DNA of 64,000 nt from Roseibacillus sp. (GTDB taxonomy: Bacteria; Verrucomicrobiota; Verrucomicrobiia; Verrucomicrobiales; Akkermansiaceae). The position numbers were made by a program, and so were the translations under genes. Shown piece after piece: positions 17,715 through 28,305 of this stretch; positions within the stretch are counted from its first letter, which is position 1, and each line of letters opens with the position of its first letter. Under the pieces are notes generated by a model. That model worked only from the letters and a program-made list of their open reading frames with translations, did no database searches and was not told where the DNA came from. The stretch covers positions 128,001 through 192,000 of the forward strand of contig CBDEUM010000038.1 of the NCBI GenBank assembly GCA_965242925.1, given 5' to 3'.

Positions 17715-20700
17715 GTGAGAAGATACTTGCACCTCCCTTGTTGCCTGCTGTGCGTCTGCTTGTGCATTCCGTCCTCATCGGATGCCCGGATCCAGCCCGC
17801 CGAAGATGCACCGCAGCCGCTTTCTCCCGGGGAGAGCGCCAAACGGATTCGACTACCGGAGGGTTTTCAGATTGATCTGGTTGCGAGCGAACCGGTGGTC
17901 AAGGAACCGTCCGGGATCGCCTTCGACGAAGACGGCCGGGTTTTTGTGTGTGAGCTTCATGGTTACAACGTCGAGGGGCACATCGACACGCAGGAACTCA
18001 ACAAGACTGGAGAACTCGATAAGACGGTGCGACGCATCCGATGGGAGTTCAAGGGAGGGAAAATCGCGGAGGAGGCAGCCAGACAGCAATATGGAGTGGT
18101 CAAGTTGCTGACGGATACGGACGGAGACGGCGTGATGGACAAGGCGGAGGTGTGGGCCGATGACCTCCCGCCATGTTATGGGATTGTCGCTGCGCGGGGC
18201 GGGGTCATTGTGGCCTGTGCCCCCCATATCATGTTCTTTGCCGACCGGGACGGCGATGGGAAGCCGGATGTCCGTGAAACCCTCTTCACGGGATTCAAGG
18301 TCAACACCATTGAGCGGGGAATCAACAACCCGATCTGGGGACTCGACGACTGGATTTACGTCGGAAGCGGATCGGGAGGCGGAACAATCACCGGGCCAAA
18401 ACTCAAGGGACCCTTCGGACTTGGTGGTTCGGACTTCCGGATCAAGGCGGACGGTTCGGCGATCGAGCATGTGAACGGGAGTGTCGGGACGTTTGGCCTG
18501 ACGATGAACGATATCGGGGATCGCTTTCCATCCTCCGGTGGCACACCCGCCCGGTATGCACTCCCGCTGCCACGCCACTATCTTGCCCGCAATCCGCACG
18601 TGGCAACTCCGGGCTCAACCCAGGCCGCTGCGAACTACGGTAATGGTTTTCGGCTCAGTGATCCGCACCCCTGGCGCGTTAAGCGGGGCAGGGATCCAGC
18701 CTGGGTGAAGTTCTATGGAAAGCGCGAAACCAACAGCAATTACTTTTCCGGGGGATGCAGCACGACGTTCTACGGAGGGACGGCTCTTCCCCGAGCAATA
18801 TCACGGCAATCTGTTTTACTGTGAGCCTTCGCTCAACATCGTGCATCGCACGGTTCTGACGCGGGATGGTGCCGGCTACCGGGCCCGGCGGGCACCGGGT
18901 GAGCAGGAATCCGAATTCCTTGCCTCAACCGATCAATGGTTCCGCCCAATGAATCTGAGGGTCGGTCCGGATGGAGCGCTCTACATCGTCGATATGTACC
19001 GTGAAATCATCGAGGACTATTCGGCGGTTCCCCGGTTTCTCCAGCAGCAATATGGGTTGAATAAGGGGAAGGAGCACGGTCGCATCTGGAGACTTAGCCC
19101 CAAGGGAAAAACCCCCGCTGCCAAGAACGACCTTGCCAAGGCCACTACCAGGGAACTGGCACAGGCCCTTGCGGATGACAATCCATGGCGGCGGTCCACT
19201 GCACAACGGATGCTCATTGAACGGGGGGGCCGTGGTGCACGTGATTCGCTTGTCAGGCTGATCCGGGTAGAGGGAACTGCCCCATCAGGCGTCATTCGTG
19301 CGCTGCAAACCCTGAAGACGTTGAAATCGCTGGAGTCCTCGGATGTCCTGGTTGCCCTCGCTCATGAAGACCATGGAGTGAGGGTGCATGGATTGCGCTT
19401 GGCTGGACCGTGGCTCGATTCGGACGAGGCCCTTCGTTCCCAGTTGATCAGGATGAACCAGGATCCGGATCCCCGGGTCCGTCTGCAACTCGCCATGACG
19501 CTTGGTGAATCCAAGGACACCTGGCCGGTCGAACCCTTGATGGACCTGGCGGGAAGTTATGGAGGCGATAGCTGGATGGCTACTGCCATCCTCAGTTCCG
19601 CGAACAACCGGAACGGGGGGCGCCTGCTCCTCGGCCTGCTGGGCAGCATTGAACTGGGCCCTGGTGCCCGGGCCTTGCTCGAGCCACTGGCAAAAACCGT
19701 GGGTGGACGAAGGGACGGGGAGCAAATGGCGGCCGCCCTGCGGTTGGTGTCATCGCTGGACACCGACCTCCAGAAAGCATGCCTGGCTGGTTTTGCAGGG
19801 AGTGTTTCACGCGGTGGGGCACCGGTTCCGGAGTCCGTCGATGGATGGGCCTCCCTGACACGTTTTCTCAGCAGCAGTGATGCACAGGTCAGGGAACTGG
19901 CAGCCAAGCTTTCAGCTGAACTCCCGGTCGCGGAAGGCGATCGTCTGGCCGCAATGTTTGCAGAGGCAGCGGAGAGTGCCCTGGAACCAGGGGGTGAGCT
20001 GGCAAAACGAAGGCAGGCCCTGCAAATCCTCGCCAGTGCGCCTTTTGAGGCCTTGTCACCAGTGGCCTCCAAGCTACTGGATTCAAGACAGCCGCCTTCT
20101 ATTCAGGTTTCAGCGATAGCAGCCCTTGGGACTTCGGGCGATGAGCGTGCCGCCGGGCTTCTGCTCAAGGGCTGGCCGGGATTCTCGCCAACATCCCGCA
20201 GTGCGGTCCTCCGCACGATCTTCTCCCGCAGAAACCGGCTTCCTGCATTAATTGAGGCCATCGAAAAGGGTGTCGTTCACCCCGGCGACATCTCCGGGGT
20301 GCAGAGGGAGCAATTGAAATCCATTCCAGACGCCAATCTGGCAACACGTGCAGGCAATAGGCTGTTCAAGGAATCCTCCACGGAAGCCGAACTGACGGCC
20401 CGCATTGCACGCTATCGTGGAGCGCTCAACAACAAGGCGGATCCTGCAAAGGGGAAGGTTGTTTACCAAAAGAACTGCATCGTATGCCACAAGCTCGGGG
20501 ACCAGGGCAACGAAGTCGGCCCTTCGCTCGGTAGTATCACCGGCAAGCCCGATGAATCCGTTCTCATGGATATCCTTGATCCAAACGGAAAAATTGAGCC
20601 GGAATACAAACTCTATCTGATCTCAGCGACCGGCGGGAAAGCCCATGCAGGGGTGCTCGCTTCCGAGTCGCCCACCAGTGTGATCCTTAAACGTGTCGAT

Positions 20701-20862
20701 GGCGGAGCCGATGTCATTCTTCGTAAGGACATCATCAAGATGACGGCTTCCGAGCTTTCCCTCATGCCCGCAAATCTTCACACGCAGATCAATCCACAGG
20801 ATGCCACCGACTTGATCGCGTTCCTGCGGATGACGTTCGCAGGGAAGCCGAAAAGCCAGTGA
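17715..20862 (+). CDS. PVC-type heme-binding CxxCH dehydrogenase-domain protein, split by one apparent +1 insertion near 18780-18792
   Basis: ORF 17715-18824 (propeller: DTDGDGVMD, WGLDDWIY) continues as ORF 18715-20862 (PEQYHGNLFYCEP, WFRPMN..GPDGALY, HEAT repeats, CIVCH, GPSL, SLMP). Removing one base joins them. Confidence 0.8.
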
Positions 20863-21163
20863 GCTCTTCACCAGAGTGCATCTGGACGCAAGGCATCAAG
20901 TCAGCTCTCCACTCAACCGCCAGGGCGGAGGTCGCGCTGACAAGGGCAAGTGCGAGGATGCGCTTCATCAATCCCCATATGTCTAGGGGCAACCCGCGGA
21001 GACAATCAATTCAAAAGGTATCGAAACAAGGCTATTCCCTGCGAAGGTTCTCGCTCGCCAATCTGACCGGCAACTCACAGCATCCAGTGATTGGTCATCG
21101 TTGCCGTTTCAACTGCATATCCCATGAGGTTCTATTGTTCACTCCTTTAACCTGAAACAAATA

Positions 21164-23593
21164 ATGAAATCCATTCTCCTATCCTTCGCGTTCTTTCTGG
21201 GAGCGACTTCGTCCTGGGCCAAGGCCCCCTTCAAGTACGTCTGGGGCACCGCCCACCACGTCCTGCCGGAAACTCATTCCGATGAATCGGGGTATTTCTC
21301 GCTCTGCGAAGGTAACGACGGACGCATGTACGTCGGGACTTCAAAATACGGCCACAACGCCTACATCGTGGAATTTGATCCGGTCACTGCAAAGCAGCGC
21401 ATCGTGGTGGATGCCCATAGCGTCTGTGGGCTAACGGCCAAAGGTTATGCTGCCCAGGCGAAGTTTCATACGCGCAACTATGTCGGACCCAGTGGAGTGA
21501 TTTATGCCGGGACCAAGCAGGGCTATCGAAAGAAGGGGGATACTTCCGAATACCCCGGAGGGTATTTCATTACATATGATCCGCGTAACGACACTGCCCG
21601 TAATCTTGGCATGCCCTATAAGAAACAGGGCATTGCCGATGTCGTGGCAGACGAGTCACGTGGCTTGGCCTACATCGTCACCTGCGAGGATCAGCATTGG
21701 ATGCGCTATGACTTTGCCGCCAAGAAATTCAGTGAACTGGGCCCCATGCTTACCCCTTATGCCACTACCTTGGTGGACGGCGAAGGAAATGCCCACTCCC
21801 TGACCAAGGATTTCCAGCTGGCAACCTACAATCCGAAAACCAGGAAAGTGATCCAACGTCCGATAGAGATCGGGGGGGAACTTTTTGTGCGTGAGAATCA
21901 ATCAGCGATTCCCACCTGGAACCTGTCTGCGGATGGCCGCACGGCCTGGCTGATCCTGATGAACAATGCCGGCCTGATTTCCATCGACCTCTCTTCCAAG
22001 GGAGGGAAGGTCAGGGGCGTCAACCACGGGCTCATGCTCAAGGGAGGAAATCCTGATTCGCGCAGTGCACTGACGATCGCTCCGGATGGGAAAATCTACA
22101 CGTTGATCAGCGTAAAAAACGCCACGGGATTTGGTCAGGGAAAACTGCACCATCTTTGCCGTTATGATCCTGAGAAAAAGCGCCACGAAGACCTTGGGGT
22201 GTTGGCGGTAAAAAACCCCGGGTTCTTTGATTTTAATCCGGCCAACGGCAAGAAGCCGCCCTGGAGTCATGGTTACCACACGCTGCCGGATGGAACCATG
22301 ACTCCCCTGCATAATCACATGGCATTGATTGCAACCCGCGATAACACTCTCTACGCCACGATCATCTATCCCTTTACCCTGCTCAAGATAGATGCCTTCC
22401 GCAAAGAGCCGGCGGCTGCCGGACCCGCCGAAAAATACCTGCGCTCGATTCACCAACACCTCGACCGGATCGAGAAAAATATTCCCCAGTTCACCAAGTT
22501 GGGTGAAATAACCGCGGAACGCTACGAGCGTGGAGGTTTGGTCGGTTTCCATTGGCTGGGGGCCACCTTGGAGCAGGAGTTGATCGGGCGCAGTGGCGGT
22601 CTCATGCACATTGGTTTCGATCGGCCCTGGAAGGACAAGAAACTTCGAACCGATTCCGAGAAGGTGCAGGACTTGGCGGTGGTGGCATGGGATGCCGACC
22701 CCAAGCCCAATGACTTGAAGCGCCTGCAACAATTCAAGGCCGCGGGCCAGTTCGTCCTCGGATTCGGATCCAGGAACAATCCCCGCCTGGCTGAACATGC
22801 CAGGGCCTGTGATGCCTGGGTCGACCTGGACACCGAGCCAAAGGATCTCGATCCCGGCAAATTAAACCACGTCGTCGGGGCCGTTTCGGGTTGGATTTGG
22901 ATGGCCGAAACCATTGCCGCCCACACCCGCAAGGGACGCATGCCCACAATGTGGAAGAGTTGGGCCATGGAGGACGGACGCGACTGGTCGGACCGCTTTT
23001 TCCGGAAGGTGAAATATCACAAGAACATGTCTGTTACTCCTATTCCCAAGGGGGTCTTGAGCAAGGCCTTCCTTAATCGGATTCGCTCCCAGTTGCTGGC
23101 CCTGGAAAACACCCAGTTGTCCGCTCTCCGCGGCTTCGCCGACTCCATTGCGAAGGAAACCAAAGCCGGCAGACGCACCGTGGTGGCTTCCAGCGGGCAC
23201 ATGGTGATGCATTACGTGGGAAAGTATTCCGACGCCGCGTGGGCCGACAACATCGAGGTGCATGAAAACGTGGATTCCCAACTGAACAACTTCAGGACGA
23301 AGGCGCCCCAAGACGGCCTCGTCCTCCGCCTCGGGTATTTTGGTCTCAGCCCCAAGATCGACGATCTATTCAAGTTGAAGAAGAGCCGGGTCCTTCTCAT
23401 GACCGCGGAAAACCCGAGGGCCGATTTCGCTTCTCATCTCGACTATCCAGGCCGCCTCGATCTCGGTGTGGCCTTTGGTGATGCCTGCGTTCCGATCGAG
23501 GGCTATCCCATACCCCTGTTCCCGCCAAGCGGCATCGTCAAGGCCGCTGCCTATGAATCCCTCAATGTGGAGATCCTGCACCGCTTGAAGTGA
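21164..23593 (+). CDS. Secreted hypothetical protein: beta-propeller-like N-half + two SIS (sugar isomerase)-like domains
   Basis: Signal peptide; beta-rich repeats up to about aa 410; C-half segments resemble SIS-domain proteins (FLNRIRSQLLALENTQ...VVASSGH...GDACVPIEG...PPSG). Confidence 0.6.
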   Translation: MKSILLSFAFFLGATSSWAKAPFKYVWGTAHHVLPETHSDESGYFSLCEGNDGRMYVGTSKYGHNAYIVEFDPVTAKQRIVVDAHSVCGLTAKGYAAQAKFHTRNYVGPSGVIYAGTKQGYRKKGDTSEYPGGYFITYDPRNDTARNLGMPYKKQGIADVVADESRGLAYIVTCEDQHWMRYDFAAKKFSELGPMLTPYATTLVDGEGNAHSLTKDFQLATYNPKTRKVIQRPIEIGGELFVRENQSAIPTWNLSADGRTAWLILMNNAGLISIDLSSKGGKVRGVNHGLMLKGGNPDSRSALTIAPDGKIYTLISVKNATGFGQGKLHHLCRYDPEKKRHEDLGVLAVKNPGFFDFNPANGKKPPWSHGYHTLPDGTMTPLHNHMALIATRDNTLYATIIYPFTLLKIDAFRKEPAAAGPAEKYLRSIHQHLDRIEKNIPQFTKLGEITAERYERGGLVGFHWLGATLEQELIGRSGGLMHIGFDRPWKDKKLRTDSEKVQDLAVVAWDADPKPNDLKRLQQFKAAGQFVLGFGSRNNPRLAEHARACDAWVDLDTEPKDLDPGKLNHVVGAVSGWIWMAETIAAHTRKGRMPTMWKSWAMEDGRDWSDRFFRKVKYHKNMSVTPIPKGVLSKAFLNRIRSQLLALENTQLSALRGFADSIAKETKAGRRTVVASSGHMVMHYVGKYSDAAWADNIEVHENVDSQLNNFRTKAPQDGLVLRLGYFGLSPKIDDLFKLKKSRVLLMTAENPRADFASHLDYPGRLDLGVAFGDACVPIEGYPIPLFPPSGIVKAAAYESLNVEILHRLK

Positions 23594-23709
23594 GAGAGAA
23601 ATTTCCCTGTCTCCTCACTCTGCCGTAAATACTGATAAGGGGTAAGAGTTCATGAAACTCGCGCATTTTTTGCGCGCTACTATTGGCTGTCTTGGCGGTT
23701 CAATCCGGC

Positions 23710-24801
23710 ATGAAATCGTTCGTCCTTGTCGCAGTCATCGCTTTTCTTGCCCTTCCTGTCCACGCCGATCGTTTCAAGGAGTGGGACCGGAACAAGGATG
23801 GGAAGCTCCAGAAGGAAGAACTGCCAACCAATGCGCGACGCCATTTTGAGAGGGTTGACGCCAACGGGGACGGGGTCATTTCCCTGGAGGAGCATCTCGC
23901 GTTCCTGAATCGGCGAAGTGGAGGGGGAGGGAAACAGCAGGCTCATCCGGATTACCGTACGGTGCGGAACCAGGACTACGTGGGAGAGGGCAATCAACGG
24001 CAGATGCTCGACCTCTTTCTGCCCCGGGAAAAATCCGATAAGCCCCGTCCGCTCGTGGTCTACATTCATGGTGGGGGCTGGAGGGCCGGAAGCAAGGAGG
24101 GTGGTTTCGGCCGGTTGCGCCCGTTTCTTGAGGAGACTGGGTTTGTGGGTGCGGCAATCAATTACCGACTGACCAACGAAGCCAGTTGGCCAGCCCAGAT
24201 TCACGATTGCAAGGCGGCCATTCGCTGGCTCAAGGCCCACGCCAGGGAGTATGGCTACGATGCCAGCCGGGTCGCGGTGTGGGGGACCAGTGCGGGGGGG
24301 CATCTCGTGGGAATGCTCGGGGTGTCCGGGGATGTGCCCGGACTGGAGGGGAAGCTTGGAAAGCACCTTGAGCAGGATTCAGGAGTGACCTGCGTGGTAA
24401 ATTATTTCGGACCTTCGAACCTGCTGACCATGGACGATTATCCCAGTTCGATCAAACACAGCGCAGCGGACTCGCCGGAAGGGAAACTGGTGGGAGGAGT
24501 CCTGCAGGAGATGAAGAAGGTGACGGTCAACGCCTCCCCGGTCACTCACGTGAGCGCGGGAGATGCTCCCATGCTGCTCGCGCATGGAACGAGGGACAAA
24601 CTGGTTCCCTACCAGCAATCCGTGGAGTTCAGCGAGCGCCTCAGCAAAGAAGGGGTGGAGTTCGTATTCATCACCATGGATGGGGCGGGTCATGGCTTCC
24701 GCAGTGAGGAACTGACGAGGCGGGTGAGAGCCTTTCTCTCCATCCAGCTGATGGGGAAGCAAAGCAAGCTTTCCAGCGGGACGATTGCGGCCGGTAAGTG
24801 A
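23710..24801 (+). CDS. Alpha/beta hydrolase (HSL-like esterase) with N-terminal EF-hand pair
   Basis: DRNKDGKLQKEE and DANGDGVISLEE EF-hands; HGGGW; GTSAG nucleophile; HGTRD; GAGH. Confidence 0.88.
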   Translation: MKSFVLVAVIAFLALPVHADRFKEWDRNKDGKLQKEELPTNARRHFERVDANGDGVISLEEHLAFLNRRSGGGGKQQAHPDYRTVRNQDYVGEGNQRQMLDLFLPREKSDKPRPLVVYIHGGGWRAGSKEGGFGRLRPFLEETGFVGAAINYRLTNEASWPAQIHDCKAAIRWLKAHAREYGYDASRVAVWGTSAGGHLVGMLGVSGDVPGLEGKLGKHLEQDSGVTCVVNYFGPSNLLTMDDYPSSIKHSAADSPEGKLVGGVLQEMKKVTVNASPVTHVSAGDAPMLLAHGTRDKLVPYQQSVEFSERLSKEGVEFVFITMDGAGHGFRSEELTRRVRAFLSIQLMGKQSKLSSGTIAAGK

Positions 24802-24805
24802 AGAG

Positions 24806-24830
24806 AGGCTCACCCGGAAGCGGGGAGCCT
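24806..24830. terminator. GC-rich hairpin between convergent genes, possible terminator
   Basis: AGGCTC-A-CCCG-GAAG-CGGG-GAGCCT; no U-tract. Confidence 0.35.
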
Positions 24831-25683
24831 ACAGGTGGCCGAGCAGGGACTCGATCATGGCCTGAGCCTGGCGGGCATAACTGCCTCCGAAGAGGACGGC
24901 ATGATTGAGGACATGGTAGAGATTGTAGAGTTCCACCCGCACTTCGTGGCCGGGGGGGAGGGGCCACGCTTCCTGATAGGCCTGGTAGAACGACGGGGCA
25001 AAGCCACCGAAGAGCCTTGTCATGGCGAGATCAGCCTCCCGGTCTCCAAAGTAGACGGCGGGGTCGAAGATGACGGGATCTCCCTCCTCCAGGGTCCCGG
25101 CGTTGCCGCTCCAGAGGTCACCGTGCAGGAGGGATGGGGGAGGGGGCTCTTCGAAAAAGCGATCGAGATGATCGAGGAGGGTGTCGGCACCGTGAAAGGA
25201 GAATCCGCAGTCCCCGGCCAACCGGAGCATATGGCCGAGTCGTTGCTCCCGGAGAAAATCGACCCACGAATCCGTTGGCGCATTCGGTTGCCTGGTGGCG
25301 CCGATGAAGTTGTCCCGTTCCCAGCCGAAGTATTCTGCAGTTGTCCGGTGAAGCTCAGCCAGTTGCTGACCGAGCCTGGCCTGGGAGGAGGAGCAGGCTC
25401 TTCCGAATGGGAGGAACTCCAGGACGAGAAACGCCTGCCCCGGGGATGTCCCGGAACAGATCGGTTGCGGCACCCGGACGGTTCCAGTGGTGTGCAGGGC
25501 ATCGAGGCCGAGGCGTTCCACCTCGAACATGTCGAGGCGGTCGGGAGCATTGCTTTTGACGAAATAGTTCCCGAGTCGAAAAGTCTCGTTAATGCAACCT
25601 CCCCCGATTGCCTGTGGAGATTCCGTAGGTTCTTGTCCGGTCTCCTCCGCGATGGCCCTGCGGATTGCGTCGAGGTCGCTCAT
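24829..25683 (-). CDS. Fructosamine/ketosamine-3-kinase family protein
   Basis: GGGCIN, FVKSN, FGWERDNFIG, LLHGDLWSGN, FDPAVYFGDREADLAM, YNLYHVLNH. Start at MSDLDA. Confidence 0.92.
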   Translation of the reverse strand: MSDLDAIRRAIAEETGQEPTESPQAIGGGCINETFRLGNYFVKSNAPDRLDMFEVERLGLDALHTTGTVRVPQPICSGTSPGQAFLVLEFLPFGRACSSSQARLGQQLAELHRTTAEYFGWERDNFIGATRQPNAPTDSWVDFLREQRLGHMLRLAGDCGFSFHGADTLLDHLDRFFEEPPPPSLLHGDLWSGNAGTLEEGDPVIFDPAVYFGDREADLAMTRLFGGFAPSFYQAYQEAWPLPPGHEVRVELYNLYHVLNHAVLFGGSYARQAQAMIESLLGHL

Positions 25684-25684
25684 C

Positions 25685-26185
25685 TCAGGAGAATTGGGCC
25701 TCGATATGAGCAAGCACTCCCTGGCAACCATCCTCGATGAGATCCGCCACCAGCTCGAATCCCGAGGAGCCCCCATAGTAGGGATCAGGAACTTCGCTCG
25801 CCTCGTGGTTCTCACAGAAGTCGGTGAAAGGCTTCACCTTTGCACGGGCCGACGCATCGGGAGCGACAGAGAGGACTTCCTGCCGGTTGAAGTCGTCCAT
25901 GGTGAGGATGAGATCGAAATCCCCGAAGTCCTCCCGGGTGATCTGCCGGGCCGCCCCCCGCACGGTGAGGCCACGCCGCTCGAGGGTGTCCCGCATGCGG
26001 GTGTCGGGTGATTTGCCGGCATGGGCATCGATGGTTCCGGCCGAGTCGCATTCGATCCGGTGAGACAGAGTGCTCTCGGCCATGAGGTGACGGAAGACGT
26101 TTTCTCCGGCAGGAGAGCGGCAGATATTTCCCCAGCAGACGAAGAGGACGCGGAAGGTTCGATCATTCGGCACGCCAGGGACCAT
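25685..26185 (-). CDS. Low-molecular-weight protein-tyrosine phosphatase family
   Basis: CWGNICRS P-loop, DSAG, DPYYG. Confidence 0.93.
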   Translation of the reverse strand: MVPGVPNDRTFRVLFVCWGNICRSPAGENVFRHLMAESTLSHRIECDSAGTIDAHAGKSPDTRMRDTLERRGLTVRGAARQITREDFGDFDLILTMDDFNRQEVLSVAPDASARAKVKPFTDFCENHEASEVPDPYYGGSSGFELVADLIEDGCQGVLAHIEAQFS

Positions 26186-26333
26186 GGTGGGTGGTGGTTG
26201 AACTGACAAGAGTGGTGGGTTCTCTCCTCCGCATGGCCAGCGGGAGCCGGAATTCCATGGCAGAGACTGGTTCTCGGCACAACTTTGTAACTTTTTGTTC
26301 GTCATCGAGTTCTATTGGGCGCATTTATGGGCT

Positions 26334-27734
26334 ATGAAACCGAATATACTGATCGCGGTGGCAGCCCTTCTGATTGGTGGGGCCGGTGGATATATGATGG
26401 GAACCGGTGACGATAAGGGCAAGGGAACCGAATCCGGGCAGACCGGTGATCGCCCCTCTCGTTCCGCCGTCACGGGAAGATCCGGAGGAACCTCTGGATC
26501 GGCGGTGCCGGCGCCTTCGCGGGGTGGCAAGTCGTCGGGTGGACTGCGCGAGATTCTGGCCGAACCAGGCCAGACCAACCGCATTATGAGCCTGCTTGAG
26601 TACTACGCCGAGCTCGATCCGGATCAATTTGAGTCCGAGGTCCAGAAGTTGCAGGGGCTGCCCATGTCGCAGCGCATGCTGGCGATGAACCTGCTCTTCT
26701 CGCGCTGGGCGGAAACCGATCCCAAGGGAGCATTGGAGCAGAGCCGCCAGATGGGCTTCCCCGAAATGTTCATGGCGCGGGCCGGAGCGGTCTCCGGTTG
26801 GGCGGCTTCAAACCCGGAGGGACTGGCCCGGGAGTATACCAGTAATCCGGACGATTTCCGTATGGGCCCCGGCGGTCGCGGGAGCGGCGACACAGTGTCC
26901 ATGATTGCGGGCGAGTGGGCCAAGCAGAATCCTGAAGCCGCGCTCAAGTGGGTGCGAACCCTTGATGAGCGGGAGACTGCAGACGGTATTTCAGGAATTT
27001 TTAATGAGTTGTCACAGCAGGACCCCCAGGAAGCCCTGAGAATGGCGGCAACGCTTGGTGACAATGATAGAGGTGATGCGTATGAATCAATTGCAGAGTC
27101 GTGGGCCATTAGTGATTACGCCGCCGCAGACCGGTGGATCAATAGCTTGAGTAGCGAAGAGCAGGGGAAGGTCCGCTTCGCGGCCATTGAATCTCTGGCG
27201 AATGTCAGTCCTCCTCAGGCGGCTCGGGAAACCGCGAAACTTCCAGCGAGCGAAGAGCGTGATGAACTTGTAGCCGAAGTTAGCAGGGAGTGGGCCCGTC
27301 AGGATGCCCCGGCGGCTTTTGACTGGTTGACCGAATCAGGGAGCGACAGTGCGGTGGAAGAGGGTATTGGGCGCGTTGTTGGTGCCCTTGCCCGGGAAGA
27401 TCCCGAACGTGTCCTCGAGTATATCGATTCGCAGTCCGCCGGTGAAGTCCGGGACAATGCGGTGCAGGGATACGTCTATGGGAACCGGGATGCCCCGCCG
27501 GCGGAGACAATCAGACTGGCCGAAACCATTTCTGGAGAGGAGAGCCGACAGCGGGCGGTAACCAGGGTGGCGTATGAATGGGCCCGCGAGGATCCCCAGG
27601 CCACCCTGCAATATCTCGAGACCACCGAGGCCATCGGTGAGGAATCGCGGGAAAGAATCTCTGAAATGGCTGAACGGGCCGCGGCCGGGGAAGAGGTTGG
27701 CCGAGGCGGCTTCAGGGGTCCCGGTCGCCGGTAG
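26334..27734 (+). CDS. Membrane-anchored alpha-helical repeat protein (hypothetical)
   Basis: N-terminal hydrophobic helix, G/S-rich linker, about 10 copies of a WAxxDPxxAxxW-like repeat. Confidence 0.7.
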   Translation: MKPNILIAVAALLIGGAGGYMMGTGDDKGKGTESGQTGDRPSRSAVTGRSGGTSGSAVPAPSRGGKSSGGLREILAEPGQTNRIMSLLEYYAELDPDQFESEVQKLQGLPMSQRMLAMNLLFSRWAETDPKGALEQSRQMGFPEMFMARAGAVSGWAASNPEGLAREYTSNPDDFRMGPGGRGSGDTVSMIAGEWAKQNPEAALKWVRTLDERETADGISGIFNELSQQDPQEALRMAATLGDNDRGDAYESIAESWAISDYAAADRWINSLSSEEQGKVRFAAIESLANVSPPQAARETAKLPASEERDELVAEVSREWARQDAPAAFDWLTESGSDSAVEEGIGRVVGALAREDPERVLEYIDSQSAGEVRDNAVQGYVYGNRDAPPAETIRLAETISGEESRQRAVTRVAYEWAREDPQATLQYLETTEAIGEESRERISEMAERAAAGEEVGRGGFRGPGRR

Positions 27735-27805
27735 AATCCCCGGGAGAGAATGCGATAAAGTTTCTTCCGCTCTGGCAGGGTCTTGTTAGGATCAGCAGGT
27801 AACAG

Positions 27806-28288
27806 ATGACCAGCGCGAACAATCTTTCTGAGGAACAGATCACGGCCATCAGGCAATGGGCCGAAGAGGGTTCCGAGCTTGCCGATATCCAGAAAAGTCT
27901 CAAGGGGCAGTTCGGGGTGAACGTGACCTATATGGATACCCGGATGATCGTTCTTGATCTCGGCATCGAGCTCAAGTCTGAATCCGTTGAGGAGGAAGCG
28001 CCTTCCGAACCGGAGGGGAATGAGCCCGTTGCCGATGAGGAGGTCGAGATTATCGATCCGGGACAGGCGGAATCTCCGGCTGGTCCGGTCCAGGTGGCCA
28101 CCGATGAAATCCCGCGCCCGGGTGCAGTCATCAGCGGTAGCGTCACTTTCAGCGATGGCGAGAAGGCGAGCTGGATGATTGATGAATTAGGGCGCCCCGG
28201 GATCGAGCCTGAAACCTCCGGCTACCAGCCGACGGAAGCGGATCTCAGCGAGTTCGAGAAGCATCTCCGGGCCCTGCTGGAAGGCTAG
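27806..28288 (+). CDS. Hypothetical acidic protein
   Basis: 160-aa ORF with two compact segments separated by an acidic linker; fits between co-oriented neighbours. Confidence 0.65.
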   Translation: MTSANNLSEEQITAIRQWAEEGSELADIQKSLKGQFGVNVTYMDTRMIVLDLGIELKSESVEEEAPSEPEGNEPVADEEVEIIDPGQAESPAGPVQVATDEIPRPGAVISGSVTFSDGEKASWMIDELGRPGIEPETSGYQPTEADLSEFEKHLRALLEG

Positions 28289-28305
28289 AGTGAGAGGGTG
28301 ATCCC

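Noticed and set aside
18770..18800. Programmed ribosomal frameshift in the PVC heme protein
   Set aside because: No slippery heptamer is evident, and the same single-base gain pattern recurs in unrelated genes.
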